Source: Amoebophrya sp. A120 (Eukaryota > Protista > Dinoflagellata). From it: DNA of 64,000 nt. The notes beneath the pieces are model-generated. The model was not told the DNA's origin. It ran no database searches and worked only from the letters and a program-made list of their open reading frames with translations. Shown one piece after another: positions 1-12,000 of this stretch; position 1 is the stretch's first letter; each line of letters opens with the position of its first letter. The stretch spans positions 14,281,265 through 14,345,264 of the forward strand of contig CAJINV010000001.1 in the NCBI GenBank assembly GCA_905178155.1. Reading direction: 5' to 3'. The translations under genes were made by a program, and so were the position numbers.

Positions 1-3000
1 TTTGTACGAATAGACGGAAAACTCGTTTGCAGCTAGAATCCGATCACCGGGACGCAAGCCTCGACGCGGCCCCCAAAGCATGCTGTGAACAGCGGTGCGA
101 TGCCGCCTCGCGCGGATCCGGTCATCTGTAACCTCAATCCCAAGGTCGCCGTCGGTCGCCCGCAGTTGCACAAACTGTCCCTCGCGCTGCTTCGAGAGGA
201 AAGAGAGGACGAATCTTTTGACTGCCAGTGCGGTCGTTGGTTCCTTCGCAGCTGTGCTAGCCACTTCAGACGTTTTTTGCTGATCTTTCTTCTTTTTCTT
301 CTTCTCCCCCCGGCGGTCGATGCCTACAATCTCGCCCTCTTTCTGCATCAAAGTTCGGAGTAGCGCCTCGTTCGGATCACCGCCCACCAGGTCTGCGATG
401 TTGTCAACCGGAAAGATCTCTTTTCCGCGAGCAGCGTCCTGATATTCTAGAAACAGACCGATAAACACATCTCCAATTGCACACGGAATAATCGGTCGGC
501 CCTCGTTGGGCGCCAGACTGTCAGCTTCGAATCCCCGCTCGACGTGGGAAATCCTGACACGCGGGAACTCTCGCCAGTCGAACCGCAGACCGGTTAAAAG
601 TCGCAGTCGCTCGCCTGCGGGCACAGCCGGGTTTTCGTACCGCGCCATATTCTGTCCACTGCTGCCATAGCGGATGCTCAACGACTTCAATCCGAAGGCC
701 GCATGATCCTCACTGGTAGCACTGAGTCCTGTCAAATGTGACAGTAGAAACGGCTGCGGCCCTTGGTTTTCTGCACGGCCCAGGGCCAGGCGCGCTCGCG
801 CTGACAAATCTCGCCGACCAGCAGGTTGAACCGCCCCAAGATGCTTGTGTTTGTGTTTATTGTTCCGCACCTTCCGCTTTTCTGCGGCATCCAAACTGGT
901 GTGAAACAAAAATTCTTGCTGCGCTTCGGACATGTGAAACAGCCAGGAGCAGACGTCCGCAGTCGTCGTGTACCTCCAGCGCTCGCTCTGCAGCCTGTAG
1001 ACGTGAGCGATGTCGTCAGTCAAGCGTGTCAGATTACTCCGAATCACGTCGTCCATTTGCAAAGTTGAAACTTCGTCGGTACTGGAGTACTTCAATGACT
1101 CTGCCTCCCGGGTGCCGAAATCTGGGTGCAAGCGGAAACTCCAGCGGAGATCGTCGTCGATAAAGCGAGAGCCACCTCTGCGCATCTTTGCGAGCTCGGC
1201 GTACTCCAGCAGCCACTGCCGGATCGAGGCGAAACGGTTCCGCTTCTCGTTTCGCGCGATCAAAACGGAGAAGTACCTCGAGCTGTCTTCGGGTCTGTCG
1301 GCAGGCACGAACTCTGACGCAGCAATGCCGTCATCAGTGTCCTCATCTGCATTGCCTCCGAGTGGATCGGTGGAAGTGCCAGTTGTTTTTTGCGTCTTGT
1401 CCTTCGTAGACTGTAGCTTCTCACTTTCATCTTTTTCAGATACCACAACTCCAGGCGTTGCTGAAGCAAGATACAGGCCTCGCTGAAAGAAGTGGGCGGC
1501 AATCACCGCAAACGACGAGACGCGCGCGATTTCGAAGGTGTAGTCCTCGTCGTCTTGCTCGTCGGCGCCAATCGATTTCATTGTGGCATTGAAAGCGAAT
1601 GGGTCTTGGTCCAACAGCGCTGCTTTGAATCCCCGCCGCGTGTAGATATTTTTCAGAGACTGGTCCAGGACCTGCGTCGGCTTTTCCACAAATTCACCAT
1701 CTTCGCCGACGAGCCCTGCGACGGAGGCATCTCTCACCGCTTTGTCCGCGCCTGCAGCAATCAGAGCGGCGGAAGGTTTTTCATCTTTTGGCTTTGGCGA
1801 TTGCGACTCTGCCTCTACGACTACAGCAGGGTGAGGGTGACCCAGCTTCTTATTTTTACCTTTCCCTTTCCCCTTTGCCTTTGCTGGTTTTTGCCCCGCC
1901 GGTTCTACTTTCCCTTTTCCCTTCAGCTTCGACGACGGTGTTTTCGCCTTGGAGGTTGTGCCAGGCGGTGAAGATGTGCTCCGACTCCCGCCGCGGCCAC
2001 GAGCGGCAAAAGCGCTGGAGGACGGACTCTTGCTCACGTTTCGACCCCCGACGGAAGAAGTAGAGACGCCGCTTCCTTTAATGGCCGGTATCGAGCCTAG
2101 CCTCGTGTTCGTGAAGTTCACCTTCTTGTTGTTACTCGTTGCGCGACCTCGTACAACTTGAGACACCCCCGTTTGTCTTCCATTTCCCTCGGGAAAGAAC
2201 AAAAACTGATTTTGATTCCGCATCTGATGTGCTTTCAGTTTTCTTTTCGCTGAAGAGATTGTTTGTCCCGCGAGCGCTTGTTTGAGTGGCTTGTGTCGCA
2301 TACTCTCTTCTTGCAGCAGGAATGACTTTTCCATGTCCGTTACATCTGTGCGCTCCCGGACCTTCTGCTGGGTGACGCGGTGTTTTCGGTCCATGTTTAG
2401 CAGCTGAAGCTCGTTGTCGACTCGAGCAACAACGCTTGTTGGCAATTTCGGGCGGATGTGCTTTTTCACTGCCCGAAGCAACAGGCTTTCTGGAAAGCCA
2501 CCGGCACGTCGGTAGAAGAGAAAGTGCATCAGCGGAGCAGATCGGAGACAATTTGCTGTCCTCGTAGCAGTTTTTGTATTTGTGTTCGTCTCAACTGCCG
2601 GCCTCGACGGCGAGTCTTGCAATTGCATTTCGTGATCTTTTCTCGCATCATCTTCGCTTTTCCTTTCTTTTCCTCTCCACGAGTTCCTTGCATTCATTGC
2701 ACAGATAGCATTCAGAACCTGGTCTCCCGAGTCACCAATCGAAGTGAGTACACCTCCGGAGGCTGCTGTGAACTTCGTCAGCAAAATTTCGTCTTTCTGC
2801 TGCAGCCCTTTCTTCGCGGCCCACGTGTCTGGCAAGACTTTCCGCAGCGCTGCGGAATGCCGCTTGAACCGCAGCCCCAGCGTCTCAGAAAAGACCACTG
2901 CCATGGACGACTGCAACTCCTCCGACCCGGCGAGTTGGAGATATTTTTCCACGAAGTCTCGCCGGATGAAAACCAGCTTGGTCTTGAAGTTCTGCAAATT

Positions 3001-6000
3001 CACGACTTTCCGTTTTAGCGCCTCTCTTTCCCACTTTGCTTCCGCCGCTGGCATTCTCGACAGCCGCGCCTCGTCCTCGGAATCTAATTCGGATTCGATG
3101 TCTTCCGGCGGCGAGATGAACGTGTTCTGTACCTCGTCAAACCACCGTCCCAGCCACGTTTGGTTCGGATCCACGAAGTCGCCTCTTTTCTTTCCCGCCG
3201 ACACAGCGTCCGCGACGTCTTCTAGGCTAATGTCCTCGAGAAACAGCAGCACACTGTCTTTGTTGCTTTTCGCCCAGCTCTGGAAGTGCGAGTCTGGATC
3301 TTCTTGTTCGGAGGATGTGGTACTTGAGGACGACGAGGAGGACGACGTGGTCGAACTTGAACTCTGATGCGAAACGCCTCCACGGCTCGTCCCGGAGGGA
3401 GAGAAAAACGCTCGCGGAGACGAGCCTGGAGAGTCTGGGTAGTGCAGAAATGGCGACTGCGGTTGCTTCTGCTGTCCCCCTTGGCGCTGTGTCACACGGA
3501 CCTGCACCGCCTTGCCTTTACCCTTTCCAGCTGGCGAGCCGGCGGCTTCTGCTTCTGCTGCGGCGGCCTCTTTCGCTTTCTTTTCCGCTCCGAGCTTTTT
3601 CAATGCCTCTTTGCGATTCTTTCGCATTTGCTGAAAGTTTTCGTCCCTTTCCTTGCCTTCGTCGACGAAGTCTGCAAGCCAGTCATAGCCTGGTGCGCCC
3701 TTTTCCGGCGGTGCTTCTTCCTCTTCGAGATCGAGACCCCCATAATCTTCGTTCTTGTCACTGTCTGTGTGCGCTGCAGCCATCGAACCTGCCTCGCCTG
3801 GACCACCACCTCCCACCGCATCGAGGTCGATCGTGGCTTCCGCTTTCTCCAGCAGCGCCTTGATTTCGGCCTCTTCGTCCTCCGGGCTGGCGTTATCCGC
3901 GGCTAGATCGTAGTCTCCGACCGCTCGGGTCAGTGGTGCGCGCACGCGGATAAACGGGTACTCCACCCAGTCCAGCGCGAACCCAAACACGTCGGAGAAC
4001 TTTTCCGGACCGGGGGACCGCTTGTCATTGATTACGGCTCTGGCATACTCGATGTTGACCTCATGGTACCGGACGTAGATGCCGTACTGCTTCTCTACCA
4101 TGTCCAAGAGCCTCTTCTCTTCCACTTTGATTTCCTTCTGCTTCTGCCTCAGCATTTTTTTTGATTGTTTCTTGCCGTGAGCTTGAGCTTCACCAGGAAG
4201 ATGGAATTTTGCCTTTGCGGCCTTCTTGCAAGCGGTCAAAATTTGTCGAGCGAAATCAAGAAGCAAAAAAGAGTGCTCAGGCCGAGATTGCTTTTCCGCG
4301 GACTTAACATCCTGATCTTCTAGCTCAGGTGGACCTACTTGGTCTTGCAGCAATGCAGCTCCGTCCTCCGTTTCCTGACCGGCACCAGCGCCATCTCCAC
4401 TACTTGTGCTCGTTGCAGCAGGTTTGAAGAGGTCTTCGAAAAAGCCACGCGCTCGCAGCTTTCGCAGCTTGGCCAGCTGCGGATATTTGGTGTTTTTTGT
4501 AGTAAGTGCGTTTTCAGATTGTTCAGCATCGCTCTCTGCGTCATCCACTCTTCCTTTAGCTTCTCGCAAAAGTGGTAACTTTTCAACTTGAGTGGCCCTA
4601 GTGGATTTTGGTTTCTTCAGCTTTCGTCTTGGATACAGGTCCACCCGATAGGCGGTTTTGTCCATGTGCTCCGCCGGGCCAACGAACTGCTCAAACTGAT
4701 CCTTGACCTCCGAATCCAAGTCCCCAAGCTCCATGATGCTCTCCTTTTTCGGCGTTCCCCGCATCATCCTAGCGCCGCTGTCCAGGAAGTCTGCGAAGTC
4801 CTGTAATGCTGTGCGCTCGTTGTCCTGCTCATGTGGAAGTGCCTCAGGACCATCTGTCATTTCAGTCTGCGGTGCGGCGCTGTCCAAAGAACGCAGCTTC
4901 CTCTTCCGCAGTGGCGCAGAGCGTGATCGTGTGCGTTTCGATGATTTCCTAGTGGACCCCGAGCCGTGCACGTGATCATGATGTAATTCAGGAAACAACC
5001 CATCCCACGGCGAAGCCGTCTTCTTTGATGCATCAGACATTTTCTTAAGCGACGAAGGAGAAGCGGCGGAGTGATCCGGCTCACTTGGGTCCGCTTCTGA
5101 AGATGCATCGTCCTCCTTTGCCGATTCTACTGCTGATGATATGTCGGATGCGTGAAGCGACCGCATGTCGTCGTCGGTACTCGTCGGATCGCCGTCATCT
5201 ACTTCGATTGCGTCTTTCCTACGCCGACCTTCTGGCGCCCGCTGTGGACTTTCTCCATTCGAATTTGTATTTGAACTGCTTCCGTCGCTACTTCTTTCAT
5301 CGGAACTCTCTGAAGATGAAGACGCGACCAAAATCTTCTTTCCCGTCCGCATCAGCAACAGGCGTTGACGCTCCATCAGCTTCTCGTATTGCTCCACGAG
5401 CAGGCGCTCCTTTTGCTTTCGGTTCCAGAAACGCACGGCGTCCTCGAGTACGAGGACCAAACTCGCATCCGCCAGGGATGGTTCGCTGTCGAGCGGCGGC
5501 GACAACGGCGCAAGCAGCCCGAAACAACGACACGCTTGCAGGACGAGATCCGCGTCGGAGCGCCCAAATTTCTCCAAAACAGCTGCATACCAGGCGCGGT
5601 CGACGAACTTCGGAATCTTGTTGTTTTTCGGATTTTGATTTTCTTGACCTGCGGTTCCTTGTTTCCCTTGATCTTGGCCTTTCTTTCCAAATTCCTGGTT
5701 TTCTTTTGCGATTCGCGTCTCCTCCACGAACCAGCGGTGCTCCACTGCGTCGGCAAAGAAGCTCAGCGCGAGACGGACGGCTTCAGTTTGCTGCTGGAAC
5801 GTCGGTTGCAGATTTTGAAGTCGGGACGAGCCCTCGGCCAAAGCAGTCTGCTCTGTCATTCCTGGTGAACTGTGGTCCCTGTGGGCTGTCAAATCCGATC
5901 CCGCAGCCCCTGAGAAAGTGCAAACGGGTGCTGCAAAAAGATACTCATCCACTGCTGCAAGCCGCTTCCGGCTGGACGCCTCGTCGGCACTCGACGTGCC

Positions 6001-9000
6001 GGAATGAAGGTAGAAGGCATCGAGGGAGTAGTCAAGTGGAATGCCTTCGGGCGCGGCTTTGCCTGGCTGCAATGTCGGTCGTGATCCTGTTCTACTCCTT
6101 GTTGGCGTACTAGCAGGGCTGTTCTGGTGAAAAAAATCCTGTGACGCGAGTGGCTCGGCCAAAGCGTACGCTGACAACGCAGAGAACCAAATGTGGCGAA
6201 AGGCATGCGCGGGTTCCAGTCGCGGCGGCAAGGGTGTGTTGTAGTCCGACTGTTCTCCTGGTACACCAGCATCATCGCCCTCTTCGTTTTCCTGTTGATC
6301 CTCCTCCGAGTCTAGTTCTGCTTTCTTTTTCAGATACACGATCGAGACCATTTCGTCGAGAAATCGCTGATAGCTTTCCTCCCGAAAGGTATCCTCGAAG
6401 CGATACAAAGCTCGCAGTCCGTGTAGGGGTGCCAAGCCAAGAAAGGAGATTTGCTGTAGAAAAGTCCGCTGGAGCATTTTCGTGTCTTCTTCCAGCAGCC
6501 ATTCCGGCGTTGACGTTGTGACCGGAGCAAGTGCGGTATCTGTAGTAGTGTCCTGCTCCTTGTCGTCTTCACCTTCTTCCGATGTTGAGTCGGATTGTGC
6601 GTCATTCTTCATGCTTTTCAGAAGCAGCTTGTGCTTCAACTCCTCGGCCTTCGCCTTCTCGTCCAAGACACAGCACGCTTTGTGCACGACCCGGGAGAGT
6701 AGGACAATCCGCGACACCAGCCCCGCTACCACAAAAGCCAACTCCTTCACTCGTGCATCGCGTTCCACGCCGCGCCTCGTGGAGGCGCTTAGGTGCCCGG
6801 CGAGAAGACGCAGTGGAAAGAACCGGCCTTCGTCGTGCGACAGCCTTCGGGAGTGAAAAAAATCCCGATTTTCGAAGCAGGTCGAAATCCAGAGGAGGCT
6901 CGCGCGGATAAACTCTCTGCAAAAGGGAACCCACCGGTTCCGCAGCGTCAGCAGCGACAGCTTCGTCTCCGCTTGCGCTTTCAAATTTTTGAAACTTGCA
7001 TCGACCAAGCCAGTAAGCGAACGGAGTAGAAGCAGCGCGTATCGATGAGCGGACGCCGCCGAGACAACGTTCGGTGGCTGTTCTTCCACATCAACATCTT
7101 CAGCTCCAAGCAGCCTCCTCCCGGTTTTTTGTCCAAAGTAGAGCGCCTCGGCGCCGATTCCCAAATCATTTGGCACCCAGATCTTCCAGGCATTGCGCTT
7201 CGGGAACCACCGTGCCTGTTCCAACCGGTCTAAACTTCTGGGACTCAAGCCGAGCGTCGCAAATAGGAGGTCGTGCAACAAGTCCCGTCTACACTCCACA
7301 CTCTGCCTCCACGTTAAAGCGGGCCGGGCCGGGTCTAGGGACTTAGGAGCTTTTGCAAGGTCGCGGACGCATAGCGCAAACCAGAAAAGCTCGGGGCAGA
7401 GCGCCAGCTCTTTTCGCACAGCTCGAGTTGTGGCTCGCAAAACCCGCTCTGGTTGCGTCTTCAGCCCGCCGGTTCTTTCCGCGTTGCGCAGGTGCGCGTC
7501 AAAATCAAGTGTCCACGTCTCGACAGACTTGTGAAACAGCACCGAAACGTCTTCGATCAATTGCCCCTGGTGCAGCTCTTGTTGGGCAGTTGTGTGTGTC
7601 TCGTCCTCCAATTTTGGATCTCCGCTAGAGCCGAAAGCGTCAGAAGCAACATCGGACGAGCGCATCCTCTCTTTCAGCACCGCCCAAGTCTTGACCAATT
7701 CAGCCCGCAAGAGTCGCTGAAGTTCAGCTCGAAACTTTTTCCCGTATCTAAACACCTCCTGCAGCGTCTGCCGTTCTGGTGCGTCCTGATCCTCATGCCT
7801 GCCGCGAAATTTACGCAACTGCATCGCTAGTCGCGGGTCCGCTCTATTTCTATGACGAGAGTCTCGTTTTTCGTGATGCTGCTCACTTTCCGATGTTGAT
7901 TCCGAACCAGTGCGACGATCTTCAGTGCTACCGCCAGAAGAGGAACTCGCGTGCAAAGCACCCGGAGGGGCAGTCTCATCAAGAGGCTGGTCACTTCCTT
8001 GCAGTAGCTCGTCGCCCCCCTCGCCGTCGTCGGTTTGGTCTATTTCCTGCTCCCTTTTCTTCAAGCGGCTGCGGTTCGCCAGCGTTTCCGTAACATGAGT
8101 GGAATCCGCCCGGCCCCAGTCCCGCCAAGGCGCGACGCGCATGCCCCGCGTGTAGTTTGACGGCGAAAAAACCCGTAATTGACTTCCGGGCGTGAGATGG
8201 TCGACCACCTCAGCGATGATTTCTTCCACATACGCCTCGGCTTTCCTCGGATCGCTCACATAGCTTGTTGGTATTAGGGGCTCAGCACCATCAGCGTCTT
8301 CTGCACCCGGAATTGTGTCTTTCGAAGTTGTGGGTTTCTCGCTCCTGCTGCTCTTGCTTCCGCTGCGTGTGGAGCAGTTTGCAATGACCTCCTCGACCAG
8401 CGCTTTGCCCAGCACCTCCGCCGGATCGTCGACTTCCGGCCCTACTTCCGGCGCCGGTGGTTTTTCCTTTTCCGCGCGCTCCGCCTTGCGCTTCTTCCGG
8501 GCCAACTCTGCGTCCACCTTCGCCTTCGCTTTCGCCGCAACCTCGCCCGCGCTGAGCTTCCGGGTTCCCGTTTTGGGGTCGATGCGGCCCTTCTTCAGAT
8601 CCTGAATGTACTGGACGAACGCAGCCTCGGCCTTTTCCCGCGACAACTGAACCGGAAACCGCTTCGGTTTCGGCGGTTTGAAATCGGGAAATGCTTCCAG
8701 GTTCCGCTGCTTCACCATCCACGCGGCCTTCTCCATGTCGGTCAGGTTTTGGTGCCCCGTGATCAGCTTCTGCTCGTCCTTGGTCAGCAGTTTCCCGCGG
8801 TGCAGGTCGTATTTCAGGGGGTCGTAGAAGTAGTCCTCCGCGAACCGCTTGTTCCAGCCGGACGGGTCGTTTGACCACTCCTGCCGGTTGAGCTTCTCGA
8901 TCGTGAGCCCTTCCTGCTTCATCTTCGTCGTCACGTACTCCAGCCGTTTTTCCGCCTTCTTCTGCTTGGACAAAAACTTCTATCCTGTGCAAAAGTATCG

Positions 9001-12000
9001 TACTCGTATAAATCCGCTAAAATTTCTATGCAGAATCTGACGGACAAGTCGGTGAGAAGTCGGTTGCGAAGTTGGTTGCGAAGTTGGTGCGGAAGTCGGT
9101 GAGAAGTGGCGCGCGCCACTTCTCACCGACTTCCGCACCAACTTCGGTGAGAAGTGGCGTCGCGCCGCGACATGCTGGCGTCGTTCTCGCCTCGACCAAG
9201 CGACGCGTCGCGTCACTCCGTCGCTGCGAGTTATATCGTGCTCGCTGCTTGCAGTTGCCACTGCAGCTGCAAGAGCTGGAAGGAACAGCGCTGCAGATAA
9301 ATGGAAAGAAGACCGCAGTCTTGTTCTGTCCGTTTATCTGCAGTGCAGTTTCATCAGTTAGCACGACGGCACCACGCGCAAAGCCGTATACAAGAGGCGG
9401 CAGGCCGCGCGACCGTGATTTCTGCGCGCGCGCATCTGTCCTGCGTGCAGCCATCAAAGAAAGAATCGCCGGAAGCGGAAGACAGCTTCCCTCGGCGATG
9501 TGGAGCTGCGCGCGGCTTGGGCGGGCAAGCTTTGAACGCCGGCCATTCTCGCCTGGCGCTGATTAATTAATTGATTAGCTGAGCAGCTAATTACTCAGCT
9601 AATCAATTGATATATTGTCTGCGTTTTATTTGTTTTCACAAAAAAACGCGAGTTTGCGTGCGCCCTACATCAATTAATGCGCAAATCAATAGCTCACTTC
9701 TCAACAACTTCTCCACGCACTTCTCAACAGCTTCGCGACGAACTTCCCGACGCACTTCGCAGCAAGCTTTAAGCTTTTGGAGGCGTCATGCAAGAATTAG
9801 CATGACGCCTCCAAAAGCTCAAAGCTTGCCGCAGAATGCGCCGGAATGTTCGTCGCGAAGCTGGTAAGATGAAGTGCGTAGAGATGTTGTTGAGAAGTGA
9901 GTTATTGCTTTATGCATTAATTGATGTAACGCGCCGCGCTTGCCGCAAAATGCGGCGTCGGCGTGCTTTTTATGTGCAGGACCCCGAAAGTCTCCAGCTG
10001 CACGCGAAAAAGACATTCTCAAGTTATCTTCCGCAAGCTTAGCGCCCGAAGATCACGGGAGCTGATTCGTGACTGCGCACGCGGCCACGAATCGAGGCCC
10101 GGGATATTCCTTCTGAGACGTCCTAGCCGGAAGCCTGTCAGGAGCTTCGCGTGGATTTCAACTCTGCGTCAAGCGTCGGAACAACCGCGGCAAGCGGTCT
10201 ACGCCAACTTCTCAACAGCTGGGAAGTTGGTGAAAAGGTTGGGAAGAAGTTGATCATAAGTTGTGAGAAGTTATATTCATGCCAGTAGCGGATTTATACG
10301 AGTACGATACTTTTGCACAGGATAACTTCTCCCGGATGCCAATGTTCCCGATCGCGTGGGCCAACTCGGGCTTGCGGAACCGCAGCATTTTCGCCGCGAG
10401 TTCCATCTCCGTCAGCTGCTCTTTAGCGTTATCTCGGAGAAGCGCGCGCTCCGCGGAGTTGAAGGGATCCACCTTGGGCGCTGGGCTATTGCGGCTAGAA
10501 GTGCTACTGTGTCGAGAAGTTGTAGCTCCCTGGAGGTGCTGCTGGGGCGCTGAAGATGGTCTTGCGCCACCGCGAAGACGCGGCGGGGGCGTTCCTGGGC
10601 TTCGAACAACAGTGGTCTGCGGCACGTATCTCCCAACGTCGTCGTCCTCTCCTTCTGCCAGGCGCGTGTCGTCGTAGAACGCGGGTCTCGGGGCGGCCAT
10701 CTGCGTCTTCGACCCCGCCGACTTCTTGTTTTTCTTGCTCGTCCGGGCAGGTGATTTTTTGCTTGTTGAATCCGAAGCACGCTCAGAGGAGGAAGCGCTT
10801 TTTTTCTGTTCTTTTTTGGTCTTCTTGTCGTCCGAGGACTTCGCTGGTGACCTGTTAGCTCCCAAACGAGAAGACGCTCTTTTGGTTCCGGAGATAATCC
10901 TCGTTCCCGCTCCGCCACCAAAGTCGGCCGTCGTATTCCCTGCTATTACTCTGGTGGCGCCTGCTCCTGCCTTTGATAGCGGTGTCGAAGCCCCGGACAC
11001 AGATGACGCGAAGCCCCGGCTTGCTGCGCTGATCTCGGTCACGCCCTGGTCAGAATCTTTTTCCTTTTGATCCGAACTCCTCCCGGGCACACCGGGCAAA
11101 GACTTTGCTTTTCCTTTTGCCTTCCTTTTCGCGCCAGGTTTGCTTGTAGTTACTCCGTCGGTCGTACGACGCCCAAACAATCCTCCGAGCCACTGCGTCC
11201 ACGTTTTCTTCTCCGGTTTTTTTTGCATCGGCTTTCCTGTTCCTGATTTCTTCTTGCTTGCCGCTAGCCTTTTCAGATGGTCCAGTTGCCCCTTCTTGAT
11301 AATGTGCTCCAGGATAGTGCGCGGTACCTGCAACCCGTGTCGGACTTCGAACCGTTCTTGTTCATGTTTTGCGTGCGCCCGCAGGTCCTCAGCCGCGAGC
11401 GTCGGAACGCGACCCCGCGTCATCAAGTACGCCTGTTCCATGTCTGAAAACTCTGTCATGGCCAGGACCTTCTGTTCGTCGAGGGTGAACTCGGCCTTTT
11501 TCCTCTCTTGCGCCATCAGCACCGCCTTCTGCATGTCGGACAACCCAGGTAGATCCAGAATCTTTCGCTCCGCGCTCGTAAAGATGGCTTCCATCGGAAT
11601 ACTCTTCTTTTTAGGTTTCTTTTTCCGCCGTTGATTTCCAGTCGTTGCAGCTGCCATGGCGCGCTCGTAAAAAGTATCGGTCCCGCCGATTCTTACCTTG
11701 CGATCGGTCTCAGGCCCGTCAATGTCGTCTTTTTCTCCGTCGATGTCTGCATCGTCATAGTGCAGATCATCGTAGATATCGTCGAACTCATCCGCGTCCG
11801 AGGAAGACACAATCTCCGAAGATACATCCGACCAAACAACGAGCGACTGGTCGAGCAGCCCGGCTGCAACACTTTCGTCTTGTCGCTGCTTTTCCAAAAA
11901 CTTCATTCTGACTTTCGCATCTACATCTGGATGTTGCTGCAGGTTTTTTCTTCTTCGCTGGAATGTTTCAAGCGCGCCCTTCAGGACCTTGTCAATGCGA

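Larger units (their letters stand above)
8981..10324. mobile_element. Introner-like TIR element / non-canonical intron, 1344 bp, hairpin-rich
   Basis: Perfect 39-bp TIR TATCCTGTGCAAAAGTATCGTACTCGTATAAATCCGCTA (8981-9019 / 10286-10324); direct repeat ACTTC at 8976-8980 and 10325-10329; removal restores host frame. Confidence 0.95.

Noticed and set aside
9040-9160. Short repeats resembling a CRISPR array
   Set aside because: No constant repeat with unique spacers, no cas genes, eukaryotic context; they form a palindrome inside a TIR element.
10254-10324. ORF tails such as LSCAKVSYSY, HPHPICHARH and YGxVRxEI recurring in unrelated ORFs
   Set aside because: Read-through translation of introner TIRs, not protein motifs.
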